64,000 nt of DNA from Pseudomonadota bacterium (GTDB lineage: Bacteria > Pseudomonadota > Gammaproteobacteria > Burkholderiales > Rhodocyclaceae): the NCBI GenBank assembly GCA_008501585.1, contig QQUN01000013.1, positions 13,739-77,738 on the forward strand, given 5' to 3'. Below the pieces are notes generated by a model. The model made no database searches and was not told the DNA's origin. It saw only the letters and a list, made by a program, of their open reading frames with translations. Made by a program: the position numbers and the translations under genes. Positions 10,546-20,800 of the stretch are shown here, piece after piece (the first letter of the stretch is position 1; each line of letters opens with the position of its first letter).

Positions 10546-11082
10546 ATGCGCTGGCGCCTCCTTCTTCTCCTGCTGCCGCTCCTGTTCGCATCGTCGGTGC
10601 GGGCCGCGCCGCCGCCGACCGAGTACCAGCTGAAGGCCGTGTTCCTGCTCAATTTCGCACGCTATGTCACCTGGCCCGATGCGGCGCTGGCCGACAGCGA
10701 GGCGATCGACATCTGCGTCCTTGGCCGCGACCCCTTCGGCGAACATCTCACCGGCCTCGAAGCGCGTCAGGCGCAAGGTCGCGAGGTCAAGGTGCACTTT
10801 CCGGCCGCGCCCGAACAGGCCGGGGAGTGCGAGGTGGTGTTCGTCTCTGCCTCCGAGCAACGGCGCCTCAACGCCATCCTGCGCGAACTCGAAGGCCGCC
10901 CCGTGCTGACGGTCAGCGACATCGAAGGCTTTGTCGAAGCCGGGGGCAACATCGGGCTGGTGACGGTCGATGACCGCATCCGCTTCGACATCAACCGCAA
11001 TGCGGTCTCCGCGCAGCATCTCAAGCTCAGTGCCCAGCTGCTCAAGCTTGCGCGCCGCCTGATCGGGCAGGAGGGCGACTGA
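10546..11082 (+). CDS. YfiR-family (DUF4154) periplasmic protein
   Basis: Signal peptide [20 protein letters not shown] followed by [19 protein letters not shown], which I recognise as the YfiR/DUF4154 N-terminal signature. 178 aa. 10 nt after the TBDR stop and 1 nt before the kinase start. Confidence 0.8.
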   Translation: MRWRLLLLLLPLLFASSVRAAPPPTEYQLKAVFLLNFARYVTWPDAALADSEAIDICVLGRDPFGEHLTGLEARQAQGREVKVHFPAAPEQAGECEVVFVSASEQRRLNAILRELEGRPVLTVSDIEGFVEAGGNIGLVTVDDRIRFDINRNAVSAQHLKLSAQLLKLARRLIGQEGD

Positions 11083-11083
11083 C

Positions 11084-13858
11084 ATGCGAATGGGCACCCA
11101 TCGTTCGCTGGGGCGCAAGCTGCGCGGCATCGTGCTGGTCAGTATCGTGGTGGCCCTGGCGGTCGCCTTCGTCACCATCGGGCTGAGCGAACTGCGCCAG
11201 GAAATCCAGCGCATCCAGGACCAGGCCGACATCTACGCCGAGCTGGTGGTCGAGAACAGCGCAGCGGCGCTGCGCTTCGAAGACATCGGCAGTGCCGAGC
11301 GGCTGCTCGGATCGCTGCGCCATGTGGAACAGATCCGTGCGGCCTTGCTGCGCCGGGCCAATGGCGAGACCTTTGCCACCTATCCGGCGGATCTGGCGCG
11401 TGTGTCGACCAACTTCGCCGCGCTCCAGGCGCTGGCGCCCGACAGCGCCGGCGACTGGCAGTTTCCGCGCTATTTCCGCGCCTGGCCGGTGCGCCACGAC
11501 GGCGAGTACCTCGGTGACCTAGTCCTCGAAATCTCGCTCGCCGGCATGCTGGCGGACATGGTCGAGTGGTTCGTGCTGGCTCTGGTCGGGCTCGGGCTGG
11601 GCGGGCTGGTGGCGACCTTGCTGGTGCGCCGCACCGAGCGCGCCATTGTCCAGCCGGTGGTCCAGCTGGCCAGCGTGGTGCGCGATGTACGCAACACCGG
11701 GCGCTACGATGTGCGCGCCCCCGCCGGGCCGCGCGACGAGGTGGGCGAGCTGGTCGACGGCTTCAACAGCATGCTGACCGAGATCGAGGCGCGCGACTCG
11801 GCCCTCGCCGCGCACCGCGACCAGCTCGAGCAGGATGTGGCGCGGCGGACCGGCGAGCTGTCGCAGGCCAAGGAAGAGGCCGAGGCGGCGCGCGAGGAGG
11901 CCGAATCGGCCAACCGCGCGAAAAGCCTGTTCCTGGCCAACATGAGCCACGAGATCCGTACCCCCATGAACGGCGTGCTCGGCATGGTCGAGCTGTTGCG
12001 CGGCACCGAACTCAACAGCCGCCAGATGCGGCTCATCGACACCCTCCATGCCTCGGCCGAGTCCTTGCTGTACCTGATCAACGACGTGCTCGACGTGTCC
12101 AAGATCGAGGCCGGCAAGCTGGAGCTCGAGCAGATCGCGTTCTCGCCCCGGCAGGCCGCCGAGGATGTGGCCCTGCTCTTTGCCGAACGGGCGCAGCGCA
12201 AGGATGTCGAGCTGATGGTGGTGGTGTCGGGGAACGTCCCCGAGCGGGTCTGCGCCGACGGTCACCGCTTCCGCCAGGTGCTCAACAATCTGGTCTCGAA
12301 TGCGGTCAAGTTCACCGACCAGGGCCATATCCGCATCGACCTCGACGCCGGCACCGAGGCCGACGGCCGCGTCCGGCTGCACGGCTGCGTGGCCGATACC
12401 GGCATCGGCATACCGGCCGAACTGCAGCCGCGGCTGTTCCAGGCCTTTTCGCAGGCCGACAGCTCCATGGCCCGGCGCTTCGGCGGCACCGGCCTGGGCC
12501 TGACCATCTCGCGCCAGCTGGTCGAGCTGATGGGGGGCGAGCTGCGTTTTGACAGCGTTCCCGGCCAGCACACCCGGTTCCGCTTCGATGTCCTGGCGCA
12601 GGCCGGCGAACCGGCGGCGGTGCCGCCCGGCGGGCCGCGGGTGGCCATCGTTGCCGGCGATGCCGCGCTGCGCGAGGCCCTGACCGAGCAATTGCAGGCG
12701 CTGGGCTATCCCGCCGATGCCTATCCGGGCGATGCCGCCCTGCGCGAGGCGGCGGAGGCAGACTACCCGGTGGTGCTGGTCGACCGCCAGGGCGAGGATG
12801 GCGAGGCGTTCTCCCGCCTCGGTCGCCTGCGTCGCGACGGGCGGCGAATCGTGGCGCTGACCCGGCTGCGCTCGGCCAGCGACGAGGAAGACGCCCGCGC
12901 TGCCGGCGCCGATGCCTGCGTCCCCAAACCCGTGCTGGCCAGCGACCTGCTGGCGGTGCTGCGCGGCGACGCGCCCCAGCATGCCCGCCAGCCCGCACGC
13001 AGCGACCCCGGCCTGCGTTCGCGGGCACGGGTGCTGCTGGTCGAAGACCATCCCGTCAATGCCGAGATCGTGTGCGCCCTGCTCGGCGAGTGCGGCTGCC
13101 GGGTCACGGTGGCCAGCAACGGCCGCGAGGCGATCGCCATGTACCGCAAGGGCGCGTTCGACCTCATCCTGATGGATATCCAGATGCCGGAGATGGACGG
13201 CATCGAAGCCACCCGAGAGATCCGCCGCGCGGAGCGCACCAGCGGCGGCGAGCGCGTTCCCATCCTGGCGCTGACCGCCAATGCCCAGCGCGATGATCGG
13301 GCGGCGGCGCTGTCGGCCGGCATGGACGACTACCTCACCAAGCCGGTCACCGGCGAGCGCCTGCGCGAGGCGCTGGTGCGCTGGGCGCCGAGCACCGCGG
13401 CAGGCCCGGCCGCGCCGGCGGCCGCCACCCCGCGGGACGGCGCCGAGGCCCCTGCCGGCGAGTTGCCTGCGCTCGACATCGATGTGCTGCTCGGGGTGCC
13501 CGGCGTGCGCGGCGACCGGGCGGCGCCGATGCTCAAGCGGCTGGTCAATCTGTTCATCCGCGAGACCGATCAGCAGGTACAGTCGCTGCTCGAGGCCTGC
13601 GCGCGCCAGGACCGCCAGGGCGCGCAACGCCTGGCCCACAAGATGAAGTCTGCGGCCGCCGCCGTGGGCGCCGCCCGGCTGGCCGCGCTGGCGCGCAGCG
13701 TGGACGGCGCGCTCAAGGCCGGCGATGCGCCGGATGGCTTGCCGGAGATCGCTGACGTGCCGGGCGCGTTGGCGGCGTATATCGCGGCCCTGGCGGACGC
13801 GGGCGTGGTGCTCGATACGGCGCCCCCGACAAAGGATCTGACCCATGACCGAGACTGA
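11084..13858 (+). CDS. Hybrid sensor histidine kinase (TM-periplasmic-TM-HAMP-HisKA-HATPase-REC-REC-Hpt)
   Basis: Two TM segments flank a ~120-aa periplasmic domain. HAMP ([17 protein letters not shown]), H-box [11 protein letters not shown]-boxes DTGIGI / GGTGLGL. Canonical receiver [11 protein letters not shown]...[13 protein letters not shown]. Hpt [14 protein letters not shown]. Confidence 0.92.
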   Translation: MRMGTHRSLGRKLRGIVLVSIVVALAVAFVTIGLSELRQEIQRIQDQADIYAELVVENSAAALRFEDIGSAERLLGSLRHVEQIRAALLRRANGETFATYPADLARVSTNFAALQALAPDSAGDWQFPRYFRAWPVRHDGEYLGDLVLEISLAGMLADMVEWFVLALVGLGLGGLVATLLVRRTERAIVQPVVQLASVVRDVRNTGRYDVRAPAGPRDEVGELVDGFNSMLTEIEARDSALAAHRDQLEQDVARRTGELSQAKEEAEAAREEAESANRAKSLFLANMSHEIRTPMNGVLGMVELLRGTELNSRQMRLIDTLHASAESLLYLINDVLDVSKIEAGKLELEQIAFSPRQAAEDVALLFAERAQRKDVELMVVVSGNVPERVCADGHRFRQVLNNLVSNAVKFTDQGHIRIDLDAGTEADGRVRLHGCVADTGIGIPAELQPRLFQAFSQADSSMARRFGGTGLGLTISRQLVELMGGELRFDSVPGQHTRFRFDVLAQAGEPAAVPPGGPRVAIVAGDAALREALTEQLQALGYPADAYPGDAALREAAEADYPVVLVDRQGEDGEAFSRLGRLRRDGRRIVALTRLRSASDEEDARAAGADACVPKPVLASDLLAVLRGDAPQHARQPARSDPGLRSRARVLLVEDHPVNAEIVCALLGECGCRVTVASNGREAIAMYRKGAFDLILMDIQMPEMDGIEATREIRRAERTSGGERVPILALTANAQRDDRAAALSAGMDDYLTKPVTGERLREALVRWAPSTAAGPAAPAAATPRDGAEAPAGELPALDIDVLLGVPGVRGDRAAPMLKRLVNLFIRETDQQVQSLLEACARQDRQGAQRLAHKMKSAAAAVGAARLAALARSVDGALKAGDAPDGLPEIADVPGALAAYIAALADAGVVLDTAPPTKDLTHDRD

Positions 13859-15986
13859 GCGCCCGGCGCGCCTGCTGGTGATCGACGACGATGACGTGAC
13901 GCGCATGCTGGCCTGCGCGGCGCTGGAGGAGGCCGGCTTCCGGGTGGCCGAGGCCGCCGGGGGCGAGGCCGGCCTGGCGCGTTTCGCCGACTATCACCCC
14001 GACCTGGTGCTGCTCGACGTGCTGATGCCGGGCATCGACGGCTTTGAAACCTGCCGGCGCCTGCGCAGCCAGGGGGTGCGGGTGCCGGTCATCATGCTCA
14101 CCGGCCTGGAGGACTCCGCCTCCATCGAGCGCGCCTACGACAGCGGCGCCACCGACTTCATCCCCAAGCCCATCAACTGGACCTTGCTGCGCCATCGCGT
14201 GCGCTACGCCCTGCGCGCGGCCGACGCTGTCGACAATCTGGTCCGCAGCGAGCGCAACCTTAGCGCCGCCCAGCAGATCGCCCGCATCGGCAGCTGGGAG
14301 TGGGACCTGGGCACCGACCGCTTCCATCGCTCCGACAACTACTGCGCACTGTTCGGTGAAGATGTGGCCTCGTTCGGCAGCGGCTTGTCGGCGCTGATCG
14401 AACGTGTCCACCCGGGCGACCGCGAGCGTGTCTGCAAGTCGCTCGACAGCGTTTGCGAAGGGCAGCGCTATTCCTTGGAGTACCGCATCCAGCGCGCCGA
14501 CGGCCAGGTGTGCACGGCGCTCGAGATGGCCGTGCCGCTGTGTGACCCCGCCGGCCGGGTGGTGCAGGTCCAGGGCACCTTGCAGGACATCACCGAGCGG
14601 GTGTCGGCCGAGCAGCGCATCCGCCAGCTGGCCTATTTCGACGACCTCACCGGGCTGCCCAACCGGGTCCATTTCCGCGAGGCGCTGCAGTCGGCGCTGC
14701 TGCGCGAGAACGTGCGCGGTGGGCATTGCGCCGTGGTGCTGATCAATGTCGACCGCTTCAAGCGGATCAACGAAACCCTCGGCCAGGATGCCGCCGACCG
14801 CGTGCTGCAGGTGCTGGCGCTGCGTCTGGGCTCGGGGCAGGCCGGGGCGGCAGAAGAGGGCTTGCCGCCCGACCGGCTCGACGCGCCGCGCATGGCGCGC
14901 CTGAACGCCGACAACTTCGGCCTGTTCATCGAGGGGGCCTCGGGGCGGGCGGCGATCGAAGCCGAGATCGCCGCGCTGCTGGCGCGGGCCGGCTCGCCGG
15001 TGCATGTGGATGGCCAGACCCTGAGTGTCTCCTTCAGTGCCGGCATGGCCTTCTACCCCCGGCATGGCGAAAGCGCCGAGGCCTTGCTCAAATCCGCCGA
15101 GATGGCGCTCGGCGCGCTGCGCCGGCGCGGCGAGCATGACGCCATCCAGTGCTACACCGAGCAGATGAAGGTCGACGCCGAGGCGCGCCTGAGCATGGAA
15201 AGCGCGCTGCGCGAAGCAATCGACGAAGACCAGTTCGCGCTGGTGTACCAGCCCAAGGTCGACGCCGACCGCGGCTGCATCGTCGGCGGCGAGGCGCTGG
15301 TGCGCTGGCACCATCCGAGCAAGGGGCTGATCGGCCCGGTGGCCTTCATTCCGCTGCTCGAAGAAATGGGCCTCATCGGCCAGCTCGGGCAGTGGGTGCT
15401 CAACCAGGCCTGCGAGGACATCAGCCGCTGGCGCGCCGCCGGCCTGCCGGTGGTGCCGATCGCGGTCAACCTGTCGGCCATCCAGTTCGGCCGGCAGGAC
15501 TTGCTGGCCAGCATCCACGACACGCTCTCCGCGCACGAGGTGCCGGCGGGTGTGATCGAGCTGGAGGTGACCGAGTCGGCGCTGATGCGCGACACCCATG
15601 CCACGGCCGAGGTGTTGCGCGGCTTGCACGGGCTGGGCCTGTCGCTGGCGGTCGATGATTTCGGTACCGGCTACTCGTCGCTGGCCTACCTCAAGCGCTT
15701 CGCGGTCGACACCTTGAAGATCGACCGCTCCTTCGTCCAGGACTGCGACGGCGGCCGCCAGGATCCGGCCATCGTGCGGGCGATCATCGCCATGGCGCGC
15801 AGCCTGGGCATGGGGCTGGTGGCCGAGGGGGTCGAGACCGAGGCGCAGGCGCGGGTGCTGCAGGCCCATGGCTGCCCGGTGATGCAGGGCTACCTGTTTG
15901 CCCGGCCGATGTCCGAGCCGGACTTCCGTGCCGCCTTGCGCGACGGCCTGCCGGGCGCCGACCGCTTCCGCACCCACCGCGCTTGA
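13845..15986 (+). CDS. Response regulator REC-PAS-GGDEF(degenerate)-EAL
   Basis: REC (LLVIDDDD...[13 protein letters not shown]...PKP), a PAS segment, GGDEF position reads NADNF, intact EAL ([40 protein letters not shown]). 14-nt overlap with the kinase gene. Confidence 0.92.
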   Translation: MTETERPARLLVIDDDDVTRMLACAALEEAGFRVAEAAGGEAGLARFADYHPDLVLLDVLMPGIDGFETCRRLRSQGVRVPVIMLTGLEDSASIERAYDSGATDFIPKPINWTLLRHRVRYALRAADAVDNLVRSERNLSAAQQIARIGSWEWDLGTDRFHRSDNYCALFGEDVASFGSGLSALIERVHPGDRERVCKSLDSVCEGQRYSLEYRIQRADGQVCTALEMAVPLCDPAGRVVQVQGTLQDITERVSAEQRIRQLAYFDDLTGLPNRVHFREALQSALLRENVRGGHCAVVLINVDRFKRINETLGQDAADRVLQVLALRLGSGQAGAAEEGLPPDRLDAPRMARLNADNFGLFIEGASGRAAIEAEIAALLARAGSPVHVDGQTLSVSFSAGMAFYPRHGESAEALLKSAEMALGALRRRGEHDAIQCYTEQMKVDAEARLSMESALREAIDEDQFALVYQPKVDADRGCIVGGEALVRWHHPSKGLIGPVAFIPLLEEMGLIGQLGQWVLNQACEDISRWRAAGLPVVPIAVNLSAIQFGRQDLLASIHDTLSAHEVPAGVIELEVTESALMRDTHATAEVLRGLHGLGLSLAVDDFGTGYSSLAYLKRFAVDTLKIDRSFVQDCDGGRQDPAIVRAIIAMARSLGMGLVAEGVETEAQARVLQAHGCPVMQGYLFARPMSEPDFRAALRDGLPGADRFRTHRA

Positions 15987-16175
15987 TCGCGCCGGCGCGC
16001 TGAATCCACCCGTGGCGCGCGCCGACGGCCGTCTTGCGGTCTCGGCCCTGCGCGCCACGCTGTCGTCACCCGCTCAGAACGTGTGAATAACTCGACTGCG
16101 TGTGCCGATTGCTGCGTTGCTCACTCGCTCACGCCTTGCTCTCGGCCCTGCTCGCTACGATTTCTTCACAAGTTC

Positions 16176-16883
16176 TCAGGTCTGCCAGCTCACCCGCTCG
16201 GCCAGCAGGCGGCTGATCGCTTCGAGCGCCTGCGGCGACTCGGTGATCACCGCGTAGTAACCCTGGCCGCCGGGCAGCGCGCGGGCGGTATAGCCCTTGA
16301 GCGTGGTGGTCTGCGTGGCGGCGCTGAGCCGCTTGCCCGGGATCAGCAGCAAGGTGGCCGGGCCGTAGTCGGTGTCGAGCACGATATGCCAGCCCGTGCC
16401 CTCGGGCACCGGGCACAGCTTCATGTAGCGCACGGTGCCCACCGGCTGGTGCAGGCGGGCGCCGAACTTGGCCAGCACGAAACGGAACTGGCTGGGGTCG
16501 GCCAGGCGGTGGTCGGTCATCGACTCCGGTTCGTGCAACACATGCTCGATGGCAAACCGGCCGTAGTCGACGTCGGCGCGCGGTTGCCACTGCTGGTAGC
16601 CGATGCCGAAACTGAGCACCACCGTGGCCGCCAGCGCGACCAGGCTCCATGGACGGCGCTTGCCGTGATGCACATTGAGCAGCACCCGGTCGGCCAGGCC
16701 GTCGGGCACCGGCACGGCCAGTACCTGTTCGATCTGCGCCTCGCTGCCGTCGATGCGGCGGGCGAAGGCGCGACACATCGGGCAGTCGTGCATGTGCAGG
16801 CGGGCGGCCGGCGACAGGTGGCGTGGATCGACCAGCTTCTCGCGGCGGAAATCCAGGCAGGTGTAGGCGTGGGTGTCGCTCAT
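16176..16883 (-). CDS. Anti-sigma factor (ZAS-type HxxxCxxC, DUF3379-like)
   Basis: N-terminal HMHDCPMC zinc-binding anti-sigma motif, a single TM (WSLVALAATVVLSFGIGY) and a periplasmic C-domain. ATGA-type 4-nt overlap with the ECF sigma gene. Confidence 0.75.
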   Translation of the reverse strand: MSDTHAYTCLDFRREKLVDPRHLSPAARLHMHDCPMCRAFARRIDGSEAQIEQVLAVPVPDGLADRVLLNVHHGKRRPWSLVALAATVVLSFGIGYQQWQPRADVDYGRFAIEHVLHEPESMTDHRLADPSQFRFVLAKFGARLHQPVGTVRYMKLCPVPEGTGWHIVLDTDYGPATLLLIPGKRLSAATQTTTLKGYTARALPGGQGYYAVITESPQALEAISRLLAERVSWQT

Positions 16884-17395
16884 TGGGTGCCTCGCTTGCG
16901 TGGTCGGTCGGACGCGCCCATCAGGCCGCGCAGGGCCTGGCGGGCGCGGGTCAGCCGCACCATGATCGCGCCTTCGGTGGTCTCCAGCTGTTCGGCAATC
17001 TCCGCGCAGCTGAACCCCCCGAGCGTTTGTAGCAGAAAAGGCTCGCGCAGGCTCAGCGGCAGGTTGCCGATCACCTGTTCGAGCTCGAACATTTCGAGCG
17101 GGTCGTGGTCGGCCGCAATGGCCAGATCCTCCGGCGCCTCGTCGGTGTAGTCAAAGCGCTTGCGCTCATACAGCCGGGCATGCTCGCGCCGCACGATGGT
17201 CAGCAGCCAGGGCTTGGGCGCGGCCTTGTCGCGCAGCTGGTCCCAGCGCTGCCAGGCGCGGGCAAAGGCCTCCTGAACCACATCCTCGGCTACGAAGCGG
17301 TCGCCGCACAGCCAGTAGGCAAAGCGGTACAAGTCGCTGCTGTAGGCGCGCACCACCTGATCGAAGGCGCGGCGTTTTCCCAGGGAAAGCAACAT
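16880..17395 (-). CDS. ECF-type RNA polymerase sigma factor
   Basis: 171 aa. Region 2 (DVVQEAFARAWQRW) and region 4 HTH (FSCAEIAEQLETTEGAIMVRLTRARQAL). Confidence 0.9.
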   Translation of the reverse strand: MLLSLGKRRAFDQVVRAYSSDLYRFAYWLCGDRFVAEDVVQEAFARAWQRWDQLRDKAAPKPWLLTIVRREHARLYERKRFDYTDEAPEDLAIAADHDPLEMFELEQVIGNLPLSLREPFLLQTLGGFSCAEIAEQLETTEGAIMVRLTRARQALRGLMGASDRPRKRGTQ

Positions 17396-17507
17396 CGGGT
17401 GACTCCTCCTGGATGATCAGACCCGCCCATGCGACAAAAGCTTACAGGTCGACCTGCCCGGCCGACACGGTAGAATGCGCGCATCTGTATCGACTCGTGT
17501 GTGTGCC

Positions 17508-17891
17508 ATGAATCCTGCCGGATTCCTTGCCGTCGGGGTCGGGGCGGCTCTGGGCGCGTGGATTCGCTGGTGGCTCGGGGTGCGTCTCAACCCGCTATTC
17601 CTCCACCTGCCGCTGGGTACGCTGGCCGCCAACCTGCTCGGCGGTTATCTGGTGGGCGTGGCGCTGGCCTTCTTCGCCCACCACACGGCCCTGCCGCCGG
17701 AGGTGCGCTGGTTCCTGGTCACCGGCTTTCTTGGTGCGCTGACCACCTTCTCGACCTTCTCGGCCGAGGTGGTGATGATGATCAGCGCCGGCCAGTACGG
17801 CTGGGCGCTGGCCACCGCGGGGTTACACCTGATCGGCTCCTTGTTGATGACCGGCCTGGGGATCGTCACCTTCCAGTGGTTGCAGGCCTGA
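17508..17891 (+). CDS. crcB: Fluoride ion channel CrcB
   Basis: MNPAGFLAVGVGAALGAWIRWW...LGTLAANLLGGYLVG...GFLGALTTFSTFS, typical CrcB/Fluc. Start at the ATG at 17508 inside ORF 17475..17891. Confidence 0.9.
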   Translation: MNPAGFLAVGVGAALGAWIRWWLGVRLNPLFLHLPLGTLAANLLGGYLVGVALAFFAHHTALPPEVRWFLVTGFLGALTTFSTFSAEVVMMISAGQYGWALATAGLHLIGSLLMTGLGIVTFQWLQA

Positions 17892-17892
17892 G

Positions 17893-20800
17893 ATGACTGT
17901 GTCCGACCTGCGGGGCGGCGATGCCCCGGCCGACCCGTTTGCCTTGCTCGACCGCTGCCTGCTGGCCGATCGCCATCGCCTGCAGCGTGAGCTGCGCCGG
18001 CTCAAGCCTCGGCCCAAATCGCTGGATGAGCTGCCCGAGGCGTTGCGCAGCCGGCTCGAGCGCTCGGCGGCGCGTTTTGCCGAGCGCGCGGCCAGCCTGC
18101 CGCGTCCGAGCTTTCCCGAGGCCTTGCCGGTCAGCGCCCGGCGCGAGGAAATCGCCGCGGCCATCCGCGCCCACCAGGTGGTGATCGTCGGCGGCGAGAC
18201 CGGTTCGGGCAAGACCACCCAGCTGCCCAAGCTCTGCCTCGAACTGGGCCGCGGCGTCGGCGGGCTGATCGGCCACACCCAGCCGCGGCGCATCGCCGCA
18301 CGCAGCACCGCCGAGCGCATCGCCGAGGAGCTGGGCAGCCCGCTCGGCCAGGCGGTGGGCTACAAGATCCGCTTCACCGACCGCCTCGGGCCGACCAGCC
18401 ACATCAAGCTGATGACCGACGGCATCCTGCTCGCCGAGACGCAGGGCGACCCGTTCCTGAACGCCTACGACACGCTGATCATCGACGAGGCGCACGAGCG
18501 CAGCCTGAACATCGACTTCCTGCTCGGCTACCTGCGCAAGCTGCTGCCCAAGCGGCCGGACCTGAAGATCATCGTCACCTCGGCCACGCTCGATGCGGAG
18601 CGCTTCGCGCGGCATTTTGCCGACGCGAAGGGCCGGCCGGCGCCGGTGATCGAGGTCTCCGGCCGGCTCTATCCGATCGAGATGCGCTACCGCCCGCCCG
18701 AGGACGAAGACAAGTCCAGCCGCCGCGGTGCCGACGCCTGGGACGGCCTGGTCGACGCGGTCGACGAAGCCCAGCGCGAAGGCCCGGGCGACGTGCTGGT
18801 GTTCCTGCCCGGCGAGCGCGAGATCCGCGAGGCGGCCGAGGCGCTGCGCAAGGCGCACCACGCCGCCGGCACCGAAATTCTGCCGCTGTTTGCCCGCCTC
18901 TCGGCGCAGGAGCAGTCGCGCGTGTTCGCCCGCTCGACCGGCCGCCGGGTGGTGCTGGCCACCAATGTGGCGGAAACCTCGCTCACCGTGCCGGGCATCC
19001 GCTATGTGGTCGACACCGGGCTGGCGCGGGTCAAGCGCTACTCGGCGCGCAACAAGGTCGAGCAGCTGCAGATCGAGAAGATCGCCCAGAGCGCCGCCCG
19101 CCAGCGCGCCGGCCGCTGCGGCCGGGTGTCGGACGGCATCTGCTTCCGCCTGTATGACGAGGCCGATTTCAACCAGCGCCCCGATCACACCGACCCGGAG
19201 ATCCTGCGCGCGTCGCTGGCGGCCGTCATCTTGCGCATGAAGGCGCTCGGCCTGGGCGCGGTGGAAGACTTCCCCTTCCTCGACGCGCCGCCGCCGAAGA
19301 TGATCGCCGACGGCTACCAGCTGCTCGGCGAGCTGGGCGCGGTGGACGAGCAGCCGCGCCTCACCGACCTGGGCCGCGAGCTGTCGCGCCTGCCCATCGA
19401 CCCCAAGATCGGCCGCATGATCCTCGCCGCGCGCGACCACGGCTGCCTCACCGAGGTGCTGGTGATCGCCGCCGCGCTGTCGGTGCAGGACCCGCGCGAT
19501 CGGCCGCAGGCCCAGGCCGGCACGGCCGACCAGCGCCATGCGCTCTTCCGTGGTGGCGAGCAGGACGAAAAGTCCGAGTTCCTGTGGTACTGGAACCTGT
19601 GGAAAGCCTATGAAGAGGTGATCCGCCACCAGTCGAGCAACAAGCAGCGCCAGTGGTGCAAGGAGCACTTTCTGTCGCCGCTGCGCATGCGCGAATGGCG
19701 CGACATCCACGCCCAGCTGCACACCTTGTGCGCCGAACACGGCTGGAAGGAAAACACCGTGCCGGCGCACTACGACGCCGTGCACAAGGCGCTGCTCACC
19801 GGCCTGCTCGGTCACCTGGGCTGCAAGGTGGAAGAAGAGCAGGGCGCGCGCGGGCCGCAGGCCGGTGGCTACCACGGCGCGCGCGGCATCAAGTTCTGGC
19901 CGCATCCGGGCTCCAGCCTGTCGCGCAAGGCCGGCAAGTGGATCGTCTGTGCCGAGCTGATCGACACCAGCCGCCTGTTCGGCCGCTGCATTGCGCGCAT
20001 CGAGCCCGAGTGGCTGGAGGAGGTCGGCGCGCACCTGATCAAGCGCCATGTCTATGAGCCGCACTGGTCCAAGTCGGCCGGCAGCGTGCGTGCCTGGGAG
20101 CGCGGCACCCTGCATGGCGTGGTGCTGTATGGCCGCCGGCCGGTGGGCTACCGCGACGTCGACCCCCGGCTGTGCCGCGAGCTGTTCATCCGCGAGGGGC
20201 TGGTGCAAGGGAACATCGACGAGGCGGCGGCGCGCCACATGCCCTTCCTCAAGCACAACCTGCGTCTCGTCAGGGAGATCGAGCGGCTCGAGCACAAGTC
20301 GCGCCGGCCCGATGTGCTGGTCGACGATGCGCTGATCGAAGCCTTCTACGACGCCCATCTGCCCGAGGAGGTGGTCGACCTGGCCAGCTTCGAGCGCTGG
20401 CGCAAGGGCGCCGAGAAGAGCACGCCGAAGCTGCTGCATCTGGACCGTGACCAGCTCATGCGCCACGAGGCCGAGGGCATTACCACCGACCGCTTCCCGC
20501 CGCATCTGAGCGTGTTCGGCCAGAAGCTCAAGCTCGACTATGTGCACGCCCCCGGCGAGGCCGACGACGGCGTGACGCTGACCGTGCCGGTGGCCATGCT
20601 CAACCAGGTGCCGGCCGCGCGCTGCGAATGGCTGGTGCCCGGCCTGCTCGAAGAAAAGGTGCACGCCCTGCTGCGCACCGTGCCGCAGAAGCATCGCCAC
20701 CGCCTGCAGCCGATGGCCGAGAGCGTGCAGGCCTTCCTGGCGGCCGTCGAGGCCGGCGAGTGGGGCACCGACACGCCGCTGCTCAAGGCGCTGCAGCAGT

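Noticed and set aside
17396-17507. Fluoride riboswitch upstream of crcB
   Set aside because: The conserved core could not be found by eye and the leader is too short. It is kept only as a negative observation, and a covariance-model scan would be decisive.
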